Of a DNA stretch of 64,000 nt, positions 48,640 to 59,640 are shown in pieces. The notes beneath the pieces are model-generated. The model was not told the origin of the DNA, did no database searches, and worked only from the letters and a program-made list of their open reading frames with translations. Origin of the DNA: Longimicrobiales bacterium (GTDB taxonomy: Bacteria; Gemmatimonadota; Gemmatimonadetes; Longimicrobiales; Gaopeijiaceae). Position 1 is the first letter of the stretch; the number at the start of each line of letters is the position of its first letter. Location: NCBI GenBank assembly GCA_965202985.1, contig CBDBCF010000001.1, positions 2,752,001-2,816,000 on the forward strand, written 5' to 3'. The translations under genes were made by a program, and so were the position numbers.

Positions 48640-51506
48640 CGGTTCGTCTCCATGTGCTTGTTCAGAAGCGCTTCCTTCTCGGCCTCGACGGCTGCTCGGC
48701 GCTCCCGGTCCATGTCGATGTCGAAGTACAGCTTGCCGTCCACGTAGGTCTGCACGGCCTTGCCGTACATGCTCAGCGGATGCCCTTCCCAGATCACCAC
48801 GTCGGCGTCCTTCCCTTCGTCGATGGAGCCGATGCGGTCTTCCAGGCCGAACTGAATCGCCGGGTTCAGCGTCACCAGGCGCAACGCCTGCTCCTCGTTC
48901 ATGCCGCCCCACTTCATCGACTTGGCGGCCTCCTGGTTGAGGTGGCGGATCTCCTCGCCCGAATCGGAGTTGATCGACACCAGCACCCCTCGCTCCTCCA
49001 TCAGGGCGGCGTTGTGCGGGATCGCTTCGTACGCCTCGACTTTGTACGCCCACCAGTCGGAGAAGGTGGACGCGCCCGCCCCGTGCGCCGCGATCTCGTC
49101 GGCCACCCTGTAGCCTTCCAAGACGTGCTGGAGCGTGCGCACGCGGAAGCCGAACTCTTCGGCCAACCGGAGCAGCTGCAAGATCTCGTCGGCCCGATAG
49201 GAGTGCGAATGAACCCAGCGCTCGTCCGTCAGGATCTCCCCGAGCGCCTCCAGCTTGAGGTCCCGTCTCGGGGCCACGCCCCTTCGTCCGCCCTCCTCGT
49301 AGGCGTCCCACGCCTCCATGTACTCGCGCGCGTCCAGGAACGCCTGTCTGATCACGTCCTGCACGCCCATTCGGGTGGCGGGGTAGCGGTCCGGGTTGCG
49401 GTCGCGCTTCGTGTTCTCGCCCAACGCGAACTTGATCCCCTTGCGAGCGCCCATCCGCAGGTCGGCCGCGTCGGCGCCCCAGCGCAGCTTGATCACCGAG
49501 TTGCCGCCGCCGATCGGGTTGGCGGAGCCGTGGAGGATGTTGATCGTCGTGACGCCGCCGGCCAGCGCGCGGTACATGCCCACGTCCTCGGGCCGCAGCA
49601 CGTCCTCGATCGTGACCATCGACGACACGTTCACGGTGCCTTCGTTGATGCTCAGCGCCGCCATGTGGGAGTGCGCGTCGAAGATGCCCGGCGTGACGAA
49701 CTTGCCCGTGGCGTCCACCACCGCAGCGTCTGCCGGCGCGTCCAGCCCGGTCCCGATCTCGGCGATCTTGCCGTCGCGCATCAGCACGTCGGTGTTTTCC
49801 AGGGTGCCGCGCGACGCCGTGAGCACGGTCGCGTTCCTGATCAGCGTCGCCGGGTCGTCGCGGTACGGACCCTTGTCGGCGCTCATCGGCACTGGCGGCG
49901 CCGACGGGTCGGGGCCGGCGTTCCGTCCGCCGCGACCTCCGCGTGCTCCGCGGCCTCCGCCGGGCCCGCCGCCCGCGCCCCGCCGCCCGGAGCGCGCATC
50001 GTCCTCTTCTTCGTCACCCTCGTCTTCCGCCGCCTCGTCTTCTTCCTGGCCCATCTCGAAGAGCTCGCCGTCCACAAAGACGATCTCCACGCGCGCGTCC
50101 TCGTCGAGCAGGCTGCCGTCGGCGACCACCAGGTTGGCGATCTTGCCGGCTTCCACCGATCCCAGTCGGTCGGAGACGCCGAAGATCTCGGCGGGCGACA
50201 GCGTGAGCGCCCGAATCGCGTCCTCCTCGGACAGCCCTTGGGCGACGGCCCGGCGGACGGCCGGCAGCGCCTCCGACGGCTGGTCCAGCCCGCCGACGTA
50301 GAAGGCGAACGGAACGCCCGCCTGGGCCAGCACGCCCGGCGTTGTCGGGGCGCGGTCGTACAGGCGCAGTTCCTCGAGGGACGGCACGGCCTCCGGGTCG
50401 CCGTTGCGGGGCGGCTCGGGCCAGTCCAGGTCCACCAGCGCGGGCACGCCCGCTTCGGCCAGCACGTCGGCGGCGGCGAAGGCGCCGTGAGCACCGTACA
50501 CGATCGGCCGGACGCCCATCTCGCGCGTGGTCTCCAGAGCGCGTCCCACGTCCGAACGACTGGTCGCGGGGAAGAGGACGGGCCAGCCCTCCTCGAACTG
50601 CAGTCGCACCGGCTCCAGCGACGCGTCCCACTCGGGCCGCCTCTTGCCGCTGGGATCGGTCTCGTAGGCGCTCCAGGCGTCGTCGTAGTGCTTCGCGTCG
50701 TAGTACAGCTGCTTCAAGTAGGCGAAGACGCCCATGGGGCTGCCCGGATAGCCGGTGTAGGTGCGCGACCGGTCCTGCAGGTTGACCCGCATCGCCGCGG
50801 GCGTCGCCACGACCATCTCCCGAGGCCGCTCGAAGGAGCGGAGGTTGAGGACGGCGGCCTGGCCCGGGAACAGTCCTTCGTGTCGCGTGCTGACGACGGT
50901 GGTGAAGCCGGCCTCGCGCCAAGTCTCGAAGCGCTCGTCGTCGGCCTCGATGTCGTCCGCGGCGGTCAGCCACGTGGAGGTGCCGGGACGGTCTTCCGGT
51001 CCCCACGAGTGGACGGACTCGCCCGACGCTCCGTCGCCGGGGCCGAAGCGCGCGCGGGCGGCGGGCTCCGAGCCGTGGCCCAGCGTGGTGAAGGCGTCGA
51101 AGAAGCCCGGATACACCGTCTTGCCCGTTCCGTCCACGATCCACGCGCCCGGAGGCGGCTCGACCGAAGACCCCACCGCCCCGATGACCCCGTCGTCCAC
51201 GACCACGGTGCCGCCCTCCACGACCCCGCCCGAGACGGTCACGATCCGGGCGTTGACTACGGCGTAGAGGCCGATCCCCTCGGGCCGGGTGGGCCTGGGC
51301 TGGGCGTCCAGCGCAGCGGCAAGCGTCGCGAACGGCGGCAGGGCGACCGCGACGGACAGAAGCCGAGCGAAGGTGCGTCGGCTGCTCGTCGGGCGGCGAG
51401 CGCGCCGTGCCGTGGGTTCGTCGGGAAGCGTCAAAGGCGGCGTCATCGGGCTTGTCCTTCGTTGACGGTATGCTCGTCCGGTCGTCGGACGCGGGCCATT
51501 AGTCAT
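48636..51506 (-). CDS. Exported double-domain amidohydrolase (start may be 51446)
   Basis: Domain 1 VYPGFFDAFT...GSVEAGKIANL; domain 2 TPGIFDAHSH, HSHSYRADE, QHVLEGY, INSD, GSIDEGKDAD. Confidence 0.88.
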   Translation of the reverse strand: MTNGPRPTTGRAYRQRRTSPMTPPLTLPDEPTARRARRPTSSRRTFARLLSVAVALPPFATLAAALDAQPRPTRPEGIGLYAVVNARIVTVSGGVVEGGTVVVDDGVIGAVGSSVEPPPGAWIVDGTGKTVYPGFFDAFTTLGHGSEPAARARFGPGDGASGESVHSWGPEDRPGTSTWLTAADDIEADDERFETWREAGFTTVVSTRHEGLFPGQAAVLNLRSFERPREMVVATPAAMRVNLQDRSRTYTGYPGSPMGVFAYLKQLYYDAKHYDDAWSAYETDPSGKRRPEWDASLEPVRLQFEEGWPVLFPATSRSDVGRALETTREMGVRPIVYGAHGAFAAADVLAEAGVPALVDLDWPEPPRNGDPEAVPSLEELRLYDRAPTTPGVLAQAGVPFAFYVGGLDQPSEALPAVRRAVAQGLSEEDAIRALTLSPAEIFGVSDRLGSVEAGKIANLVVADGSLLDEDARVEIVFVDGELFEMGQEEDEAAEDEGDEEEDDARSGRRGAGGGPGGGRGARGGRGGRNAGPDPSAPPVPMSADKGPYRDDPATLIRNATVLTASRGTLENTDVLMRDGKIAEIGTGLDAPADAAVVDATGKFVTPGIFDAHSHMAALSINEGTVNVSSMVTIEDVLRPEDVGMYRALAGGVTTINILHGSANPIGGGNSVIKLRWGADAADLRMGARKGIKFALGENTKRDRNPDRYPATRMGVQDVIRQAFLDAREYMEAWDAYEEGGRRGVAPRRDLKLEALGEILTDERWVHSHSYRADEILQLLRLAEEFGFRVRTLQHVLEGYRVADEIAAHGAGASTFSDWWAYKVEAYEAIPHNAALMEERGVLVSINSDSGEEIRHLNQEAAKSMKWGGMNEEQALRLVTLNPAIQFGLEDRIGSIDEGKDADVVIWEGHPLSMYGKAVQTYVDGKLYFDIDMDRERRAAVEAEKEALLNKHMETNR

Positions 51507-51586
51507 TGCGCAAGCGCCCGGCGAAAGCAAGCGGCGACCGTCCCCCTCGGGCTTCGCGCGGGGGATGGCCCGCTCGCCGTCGCGGG

Positions 51587-52891
51587 TCACCTGATCAGCA
51601 GGATCCGCCGGGTCGCGGGGTACAGCCACTCCACGCCCCGTTCCGTCACCACGGCGTCGTCTTCCAGCGGAATGCGCACCTTGGCGCCGCCCCACTCCGG
51701 GTTGGCGGTGTAGGCGAACAGCTCCACCGAGATCAAGGTGCCGGGCCGGAGCTCGTACTCCAGGCGGGCAGGGTTGAAGAACGCCAGAGACGGGCCGAAG
51801 CCGTGGCCCCAGTTGCCCACCGAATGAGGTCCGATCACCACGTCGGTGACCGCGGGGTCGTCGGTGGGCCGGTTGAATTCGATGCGGTTGAAGCCCGCGG
51901 CTTGGATGGCGGCCCAGGTGGCGTCCAAGGCTTGGCGGGCGGTGGGCGCGGGTTTGATCGCGGCCTTCATCACGTCGCGCACCTCGACGGCCCGATCGAA
52001 GGCGTGCCGAATCCCCGGCGGCGCTTCCGTCTCGCCCTCGCGCAGCACGTACGCCGTCCGCTTCATGTCGGTGTAGAAGTCCAGGAAGCCGACCCCCCAG
52101 TCGATCATGAGCAGGTCGCCCCGCTGGATGATCCGCTCCGACGACGTGGCTTCGATGCCGCCCGGTCCGGTCACGTAGACCGAAGGCATGTCGAACGAAG
52201 AATCGAGTCCCCGCGCCAGCAGCTGGTCCCACATCCACCACGCCACGTCCTCCAGGGCGGTGACGCCGGGCCGGATCACCTCGTTGGAAAACGCGCGCTC
52301 GGCGATCTCGCGGCTGATCTCTCCGGCTTCGGCGAAGGCGGCGATCTCGGAGGCCGTGCGCGTGCTCCGGAAGTCGGACACGAAGCGCTCGGCCGACACC
52401 AGCCGGTCCCGATAGGAGGCGCCCAGCACGTTCTGCAAGTGCAGGAACGACGTGTGCGACAGGCCGTCGGCCCCGCCGATCGACGCCGCCATGTTGACGC
52501 CGATCCGCTGCGGGTCGCGCGCGGCCACGTACGAGCGCAGGGAGTCGGCCGGGCCGAACCGGTCGTAGACGCCGCAACGCTCCAGCATGTAGCCGCCGGC
52601 GCCGAAGACGGCCCGCTCGGCCCGCTCCTCGCCGGCCGCGAACACCCAGTACGCCCATCCGCCCACGTACCCCCGGCCCAGCGCCTCCCACATGGGGTCG
52701 AGAAGCCCCTCCCGCATGACCACGATCCACATGTCCAGACGGTTGTCCGCCAGCGCCTTGGGCAGCACCAGGTCGAACTTCTCGGCGCGGATCTGGCACA
52801 TGCGCTCCCATCTGCGCCGGGCCTCCTGGCCGTCGGCATCGGCGGGCGAGAAGAGCGCGACCAAGGCAAGCAACGTCGCCCAGCGCCTCAC
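51587..52891 (-). CDS. Exported M24-family (Xaa-Pro-type) metallopeptidase
   Basis: Signal peptide; GDLLMIDWG...YTD, HSVGNWGH, SVE, LEDD pita-bread ligands; GTGA overlap. Confidence 0.85.
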   Translation of the reverse strand: MRRWATLLALVALFSPADADGQEARRRWERMCQIRAEKFDLVLPKALADNRLDMWIVVMREGLLDPMWEALGRGYVGGWAYWVFAAGEERAERAVFGAGGYMLERCGVYDRFGPADSLRSYVAARDPQRIGVNMAASIGGADGLSHTSFLHLQNVLGASYRDRLVSAERFVSDFRSTRTASEIAAFAEAGEISREIAERAFSNEVIRPGVTALEDVAWWMWDQLLARGLDSSFDMPSVYVTGPGGIEATSSERIIQRGDLLMIDWGVGFLDFYTDMKRTAYVLREGETEAPPGIRHAFDRAVEVRDVMKAAIKPAPTARQALDATWAAIQAAGFNRIEFNRPTDDPAVTDVVIGPHSVGNWGHGFGPSLAFFNPARLEYELRPGTLISVELFAYTANPEWGGAKVRIPLEDDAVVTERGVEWLYPATRRILLIR

Positions 52892-54663
52892 GGCAGCAGC
52901 ACCCACGCCGACCGAGCCACGCCGCCCTTGTCCGACCGAGCTGCCACCCGCGCCCGGGCCGCGCCGCCGGTCCTCCGCACCGTCCAGGACACGGCCTGGG
53001 ACGACCCGCCGCCCGGGTCCAGAAACGAATTGGCCCCTGCCAGATGGGGAACGGCGATCCGGGAACGGCCCGCGACAAGTTCGAGGCCTTCGTACTCGAG
53101 CGTCGCCGCCGGGGCGCGGACGACTTGCCGGTCCACGTGCCCGTCCGGCCGCTCGCGGCCCACGGCGCCCCGGCCCGTGACGCTGGTGGGCAGGAACCCC
53201 GTGTTGGAGACGGTTGCCGACACGCGAAAGGTCCCGTCGTCCGCCAGCGGCTCGAACGACGGGTCGGTCACCGCCAACAGCGGGGTCTGCTCGGCCAAGT
53301 AGAGGATCCAAGGCAGCTGCACCGCGGTTTCTTCCTCCAGGAACTCGGGCGGCGGATTCTGGCCCCAGAACTTGGAGTGCCAGCCGCCGATCTCCACGGC
53401 CCCCAGCTGCGGATGGTCGTAGGGCGTCCAATCCGAGAAGTAGCGACCGCCCAGCACCTCGTCGTTGAAGCGGTGCTGCTCGGCGGGGCTCGCTTCGCCG
53501 TCGCCGTCGTAGTCCGTGACCCAGGCTTCCGGTCCGGGCGAGAACTCGGGCACCCAGCCGATCACGCCGTGGTCCCAGTAGGCCCACGAGATGAAGGTGC
53601 CGTACCGATGCTCGGTGGGGTGCGTGGCGCTGGGCACCACGGGCCTGCCCGTCGAGCGCGTGTACGCTTCGCCCAGGTGGACGATCAGCGCCAGGTCGTC
53701 CTTGGGGAACAGCGACGGCGCCGACGCGGAGGGCAACCGGTACACGAAGCCCCCCGACGTGTGGCCGTGGACGATCCCCGCGATGTTGCGCCGAACGTCC
53801 ACGAAGGCGGCCGCGGCTCGGGTCTCGGGCTCGGAGAGCGGGTAGTTGCCGGCGCCCGGCTGCAGGTGTCGGCGCTCCCAGTTGCGCGGGAAGTTGCGGT
53901 TCATGTCGCCGCCGCCGAAGCCGTCCTCGTTGATCCGGCCGTCGCCGTCGTTGTCCACGCCCTCGCGCACCACCCGGTAGCGCCGGCCCGCCGACGTTCG
54001 CTCGGGGTCGCGGATCAGGATGCGGTCGTCCGTCGGGTCGGCGGCCCACTCGCCGTCCGGGTCGGGCTCTCGCATCTGCGTGATCCAGCCGTCGCCGTCC
54101 AGGTCGTCGGGAGGGTCCTCGTCGGCCAGGCCGTCCTCGTCTTCGTCGAAGGGGCGCGTGGTGCTGCGCAGGAACTGGTCGTGCACCAAGGCCAGGTCCG
54201 AGCCGTCCGGGTTGAACTTGGGGCGCACGTAGAAGGCCCGCTTGTCCAGGAGCGCGGTGACGCGGGGGTCGCGCCCGTACTCGGTCAGCAGGTGGCCGAC
54301 CAGGTGCGTGGCCACGGCCGACGCGGTCAGTTCTCCCGCGTGAATGCCGCCGTCCACGTAGAGCGCGGGCTTCTCGGCGGCGGGACCCGTGGCCTGGTTG
54401 GTGATCTCGATGACCATGAGGGGCCGCCCGCGGTAGCTCTCGCCGATCTGGCGCAGCTCGGTCAGCTGCGGGAAGAGGACGTGGTACTCCCGCAGGATCT
54501 GGTCGGTCTCGGCGGCGGTGTAGAAGCGGTTCCAGTCGGCCTCGCCGGCGGGCGACACGAGACTGGACGCCTGCCAGGCCGCGACGCCGGACGGCGGTGC
54601 AGCGCCGGGCGCGGCGGTCAGCAGCACGGCGGCCGACCAGCGGAGGAGGCGGGTCGTGTTCAC
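52888..54663 (-). CDS. Exported M14-family zinc carboxypeptidase
   Basis: IHAGE (HxxE), NPDG, DMNRNF, SEPET, HGHT; Asp-rich DxDGDG insertions; GTGA overlap. Confidence 0.88.
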   Translation of the reverse strand: MNTTRLLRWSAAVLLTAAPGAAPPSGVAAWQASSLVSPAGEADWNRFYTAAETDQILREYHVLFPQLTELRQIGESYRGRPLMVIEITNQATGPAAEKPALYVDGGIHAGELTASAVATHLVGHLLTEYGRDPRVTALLDKRAFYVRPKFNPDGSDLALVHDQFLRSTTRPFDEDEDGLADEDPPDDLDGDGWITQMREPDPDGEWAADPTDDRILIRDPERTSAGRRYRVVREGVDNDGDGRINEDGFGGGDMNRNFPRNWERRHLQPGAGNYPLSEPETRAAAAFVDVRRNIAGIVHGHTSGGFVYRLPSASAPSLFPKDDLALIVHLGEAYTRSTGRPVVPSATHPTEHRYGTFISWAYWDHGVIGWVPEFSPGPEAWVTDYDGDGEASPAEQHRFNDEVLGGRYFSDWTPYDHPQLGAVEIGGWHSKFWGQNPPPEFLEEETAVQLPWILYLAEQTPLLAVTDPSFEPLADDGTFRVSATVSNTGFLPTSVTGRGAVGRERPDGHVDRQVVRAPAATLEYEGLELVAGRSRIAVPHLAGANSFLDPGGGSSQAVSWTVRRTGGAARARVAARSDKGGVARSAWVLLP

Positions 54664-55262
54664 GGCGAAGGAACTCCTTGTCGGGTTGGCGAGGCCGGGG
54701 TCGGCGAGGCGGCGGGCGCGCACTCGTGGAGGCGGCCTGCGTCGGGGGCTTCCGGCTTCGTCCAGAGTATCCAGTAGTCGTCCAAGCTGTCGTCGTCGCT
54801 GCCCAGCTCGGCGCGCCCGGGCGGCAGGCCGTTGAGGCGAAAGATGTAGGCCAGGGCGTCGGTGACCTGCCGGCGCGTCAGCGTGCCCGGGGCGCCGTGC
54901 GGCATCCGCTGGTAGACCCAGTGCCAGAGCCGGTACACGGACGCCTCTTCCCAGCGCCCCAAGAACGCCGGGTCGGTCCAGTCCTGGGACTCGTGGCACT
55001 CCGAGCAGATCTGCCGGTAGACCTGGAGGCCGCGGTCGGCCTGGGCGTCCGAGTAGATGCCGTGCAGCGTATTGGGCTCGTCCGCCTTCGAGCGCACCGA
55101 CGAAGCACCCGACGAGCCGCTCGGCGCTGGGCTCGGCGAAGCCGTCGCGCCCGGGCCGGAGGTCCGGCACGACGCGAACGCAGGCAGCGAGAGCGCCAAG
55201 GCCAGGACGACCGAGACGGCGGGAAGGCGCGTGCGCGAAGGCGAGATTACGGAATCGATCAT
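54660..55262 (-). CDS. Monoheme cytochrome c lipoprotein
   Basis: Lipobox FASC, YSDAQADRG, CSECH heme motif, MPHGAPG axial Met, LNGLPPG. Confidence 0.85.
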   Translation of the reverse strand: MIDSVISPSRTRLPAVSVVLALALSLPAFASCRTSGPGATASPSPAPSGSSGASSVRSKADEPNTLHGIYSDAQADRGLQVYRQICSECHESQDWTDPAFLGRWEEASVYRLWHWVYQRMPHGAPGTLTRRQVTDALAYIFRLNGLPPGRAELGSDDDSLDDYWILWTKPEAPDAGRLHECAPAASPTPASPTRQGVPSP

Positions 55263-55357
55263 GGGAGTCGTCTCGAAGCTTGGGGCGGTCCGCCGCGTCG
55301 CGGCAAGCGTCCGGCCCTGGACAACCGTCGGCCTCGGGCTAGGTTGGCGGACGCCTT

Positions 55358-55432
55358 GGGCGCTTAGCTCAGTTGGTCCAGAGCGCCTGCCTTACAAGCA
55401 GGAGGTCGCTGGTTCGAATCCAGCAGCGCCCA
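55358..55432 (+). tRNA. tRNA-Val(TAC)
   Basis: Acceptor GGGCGCT/AGCGCCC, D arm GCTC/GAGC, anticodon stem CCTGC/GCAGG with loop CTTACAA, T loop TTCGAATC; discriminator A followed by TCCA. Confidence 0.96.
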
Positions 55433-55452
55433 TCCAGCATCGACGGCACCGA

Positions 55453-56472
55453 TCACGACAAGCAGTCCCGCAGCTTGTGGATCTGGTCGTCGGTGCCCAT
55501 CACGATCAAGTCGTCTCCCGGTTCCAGGGTCGTGTCGGCGCCGGGGTTGAAGGCGATCTCCTCCGTGCCCGAGCCCGCCTTCCGAAGCGCAATCACGACC
55601 ATGCCCGTCCGGGCGGGGAGCCGCGCCTCGGCCAGAGTCGCTCCGGCCAGCCGGGCCCCGGGGCGCACGGCGACCTGCTCCAAGTGCCGCGAAAGCTGGG
55701 GTCCGGGCGCCGTCGCGCCCAAGAACGACGCCACCGAGGGACGCGCCAGCACCGAGGCCACCCAAATCGCTCCCGTCACGTTGGGGCTCACCACGTGGTC
55801 GGCGCCGGCCCGACGCATCTTGGCCACGACCGCGTCGCCTTCGGCTCTGACGACCACGACCAAGGCGGGGTTCAGGTGCCGGGCCGACAAGCACACGAAC
55901 AGGTTGTCGGTGTCGGAAGAGAGGCACGCCACCAGCCCGGCGGCGTTCTCGATTCCAGCCTCGAGCAGGACGCCGTCGTCGGTGGCGTCGTCCTCGACGA
56001 CCAAGGCGCCGGGCCGCGTCTTGCGCAGCGCGCGCACCGCCGCGCCGTCGCGCTCCACCAGCACGCAGGGCTTGCCGGCCTCCTGCAACTCGCGCGCGAC
56101 CTGCCGGCCCATCTCGCCCCCGCCGCACACGACGACGTGATCCCTGCAACGGCTCGCCTTCTTCATCGTTCTGCTTCTCTTGTAGCGTTTTCCGACGTCC
56201 ATGCGGACGACCCAGGACGTGACCAGGGCAAACCACATGCCCAGGCCGGTCAGGCCGCCGCCCAATACGAACATGGTCCAGTACCGTCCGGCGCTGGAAA
56301 GGGGGTGCACCTCGTTGAAGCCGACGGCAGTCTCGGTCGTGACCGTCATGTAGAGGGAGTCTTCCCACGACCAGCCCTCGATCTCCACGTAGCCCGCCGT
56401 GCCCACGATCGTCAACGCGACGAAGTAGCCCAGCACGAACAACAGCCGGGACGCTTCCTGGCCGATCGCCAT
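55453..56472 (-). CDS. Two-TM potassium channel homologue with RCK/TrkA domains
   Basis: TM-pore-TM (SLYMTVTTETAVGF), VVCGGGEMG Rossmann motif, DATDD..L..AGI, AGADHVVSP, RCK-C GDDLIVMG. Confidence 0.88.
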   Translation of the reverse strand: MAIGQEASRLLFVLGYFVALTIVGTAGYVEIEGWSWEDSLYMTVTTETAVGFNEVHPLSSAGRYWTMFVLGGGLTGLGMWFALVTSWVVRMDVGKRYKRSRTMKKASRCRDHVVVCGGGEMGRQVARELQEAGKPCVLVERDGAAVRALRKTRPGALVVEDDATDDGVLLEAGIENAAGLVACLSSDTDNLFVCLSARHLNPALVVVVRAEGDAVVAKMRRAGADHVVSPNVTGAIWVASVLARPSVASFLGATAPGPQLSRHLEQVAVRPGARLAGATLAEARLPARTGMVVIALRKAGSGTEEIAFNPGADTTLEPGDDLIVMGTDDQIHKLRDCLS

Positions 56473-56717
56473 CAGCGGTTGCCCGTAGGCCGTGCGCCCC
56501 GGGCAGCGTGGCGGGTCAGGCTCAGGAGGCGATCCAAGGCGAGACGGGAAGGCGGGAAGGCATGGCGCTGGAGAGGCGGGCAGGGGGGGCTTGAAGTCGG
56601 TGTTGGAATTGGCGAGTTTGCGGACGGCGTGCAATGGCAGGCCGTTGCGCGCCCTTGTTCCTCGAGTGACCCCGTAGCGAGTCACCCACGCCAGAACCCC
56701 CAGGAGAAACCCCACTC

Positions 56718-59507
<2,790 letters not shown>

Positions 59508-59640
59508 CACCGAGTAGGATCACAAGCTGGACGCGGCGAGAGACGCCGCGGTAGACAATCCGGGTGGCAGGGGGTTCGGCGCAGCGTCGCCGAGCCCCTT
59601 GCCGTCGCGCCGGGGTTCGTGCAGGCCAGGAGGACACCGA

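Noticed and set aside
51530..51585. GC-rich hairpin between the M24 and amidohydrolase genes as a terminator
   Set aside because: Imperfect stem with no U-tract; function unsupported
55358..55436. tRNA-Val as an integration site; CCA not directly encoded
   Set aside because: No duplicated tRNA 3' end or integrase seen; non-encoded CCA is common
56473..56717. Cobalamin or other riboswitch before the TonB receptors
   Set aside because: GGGAA-like words occur but no B12-box or coherent conserved core was found
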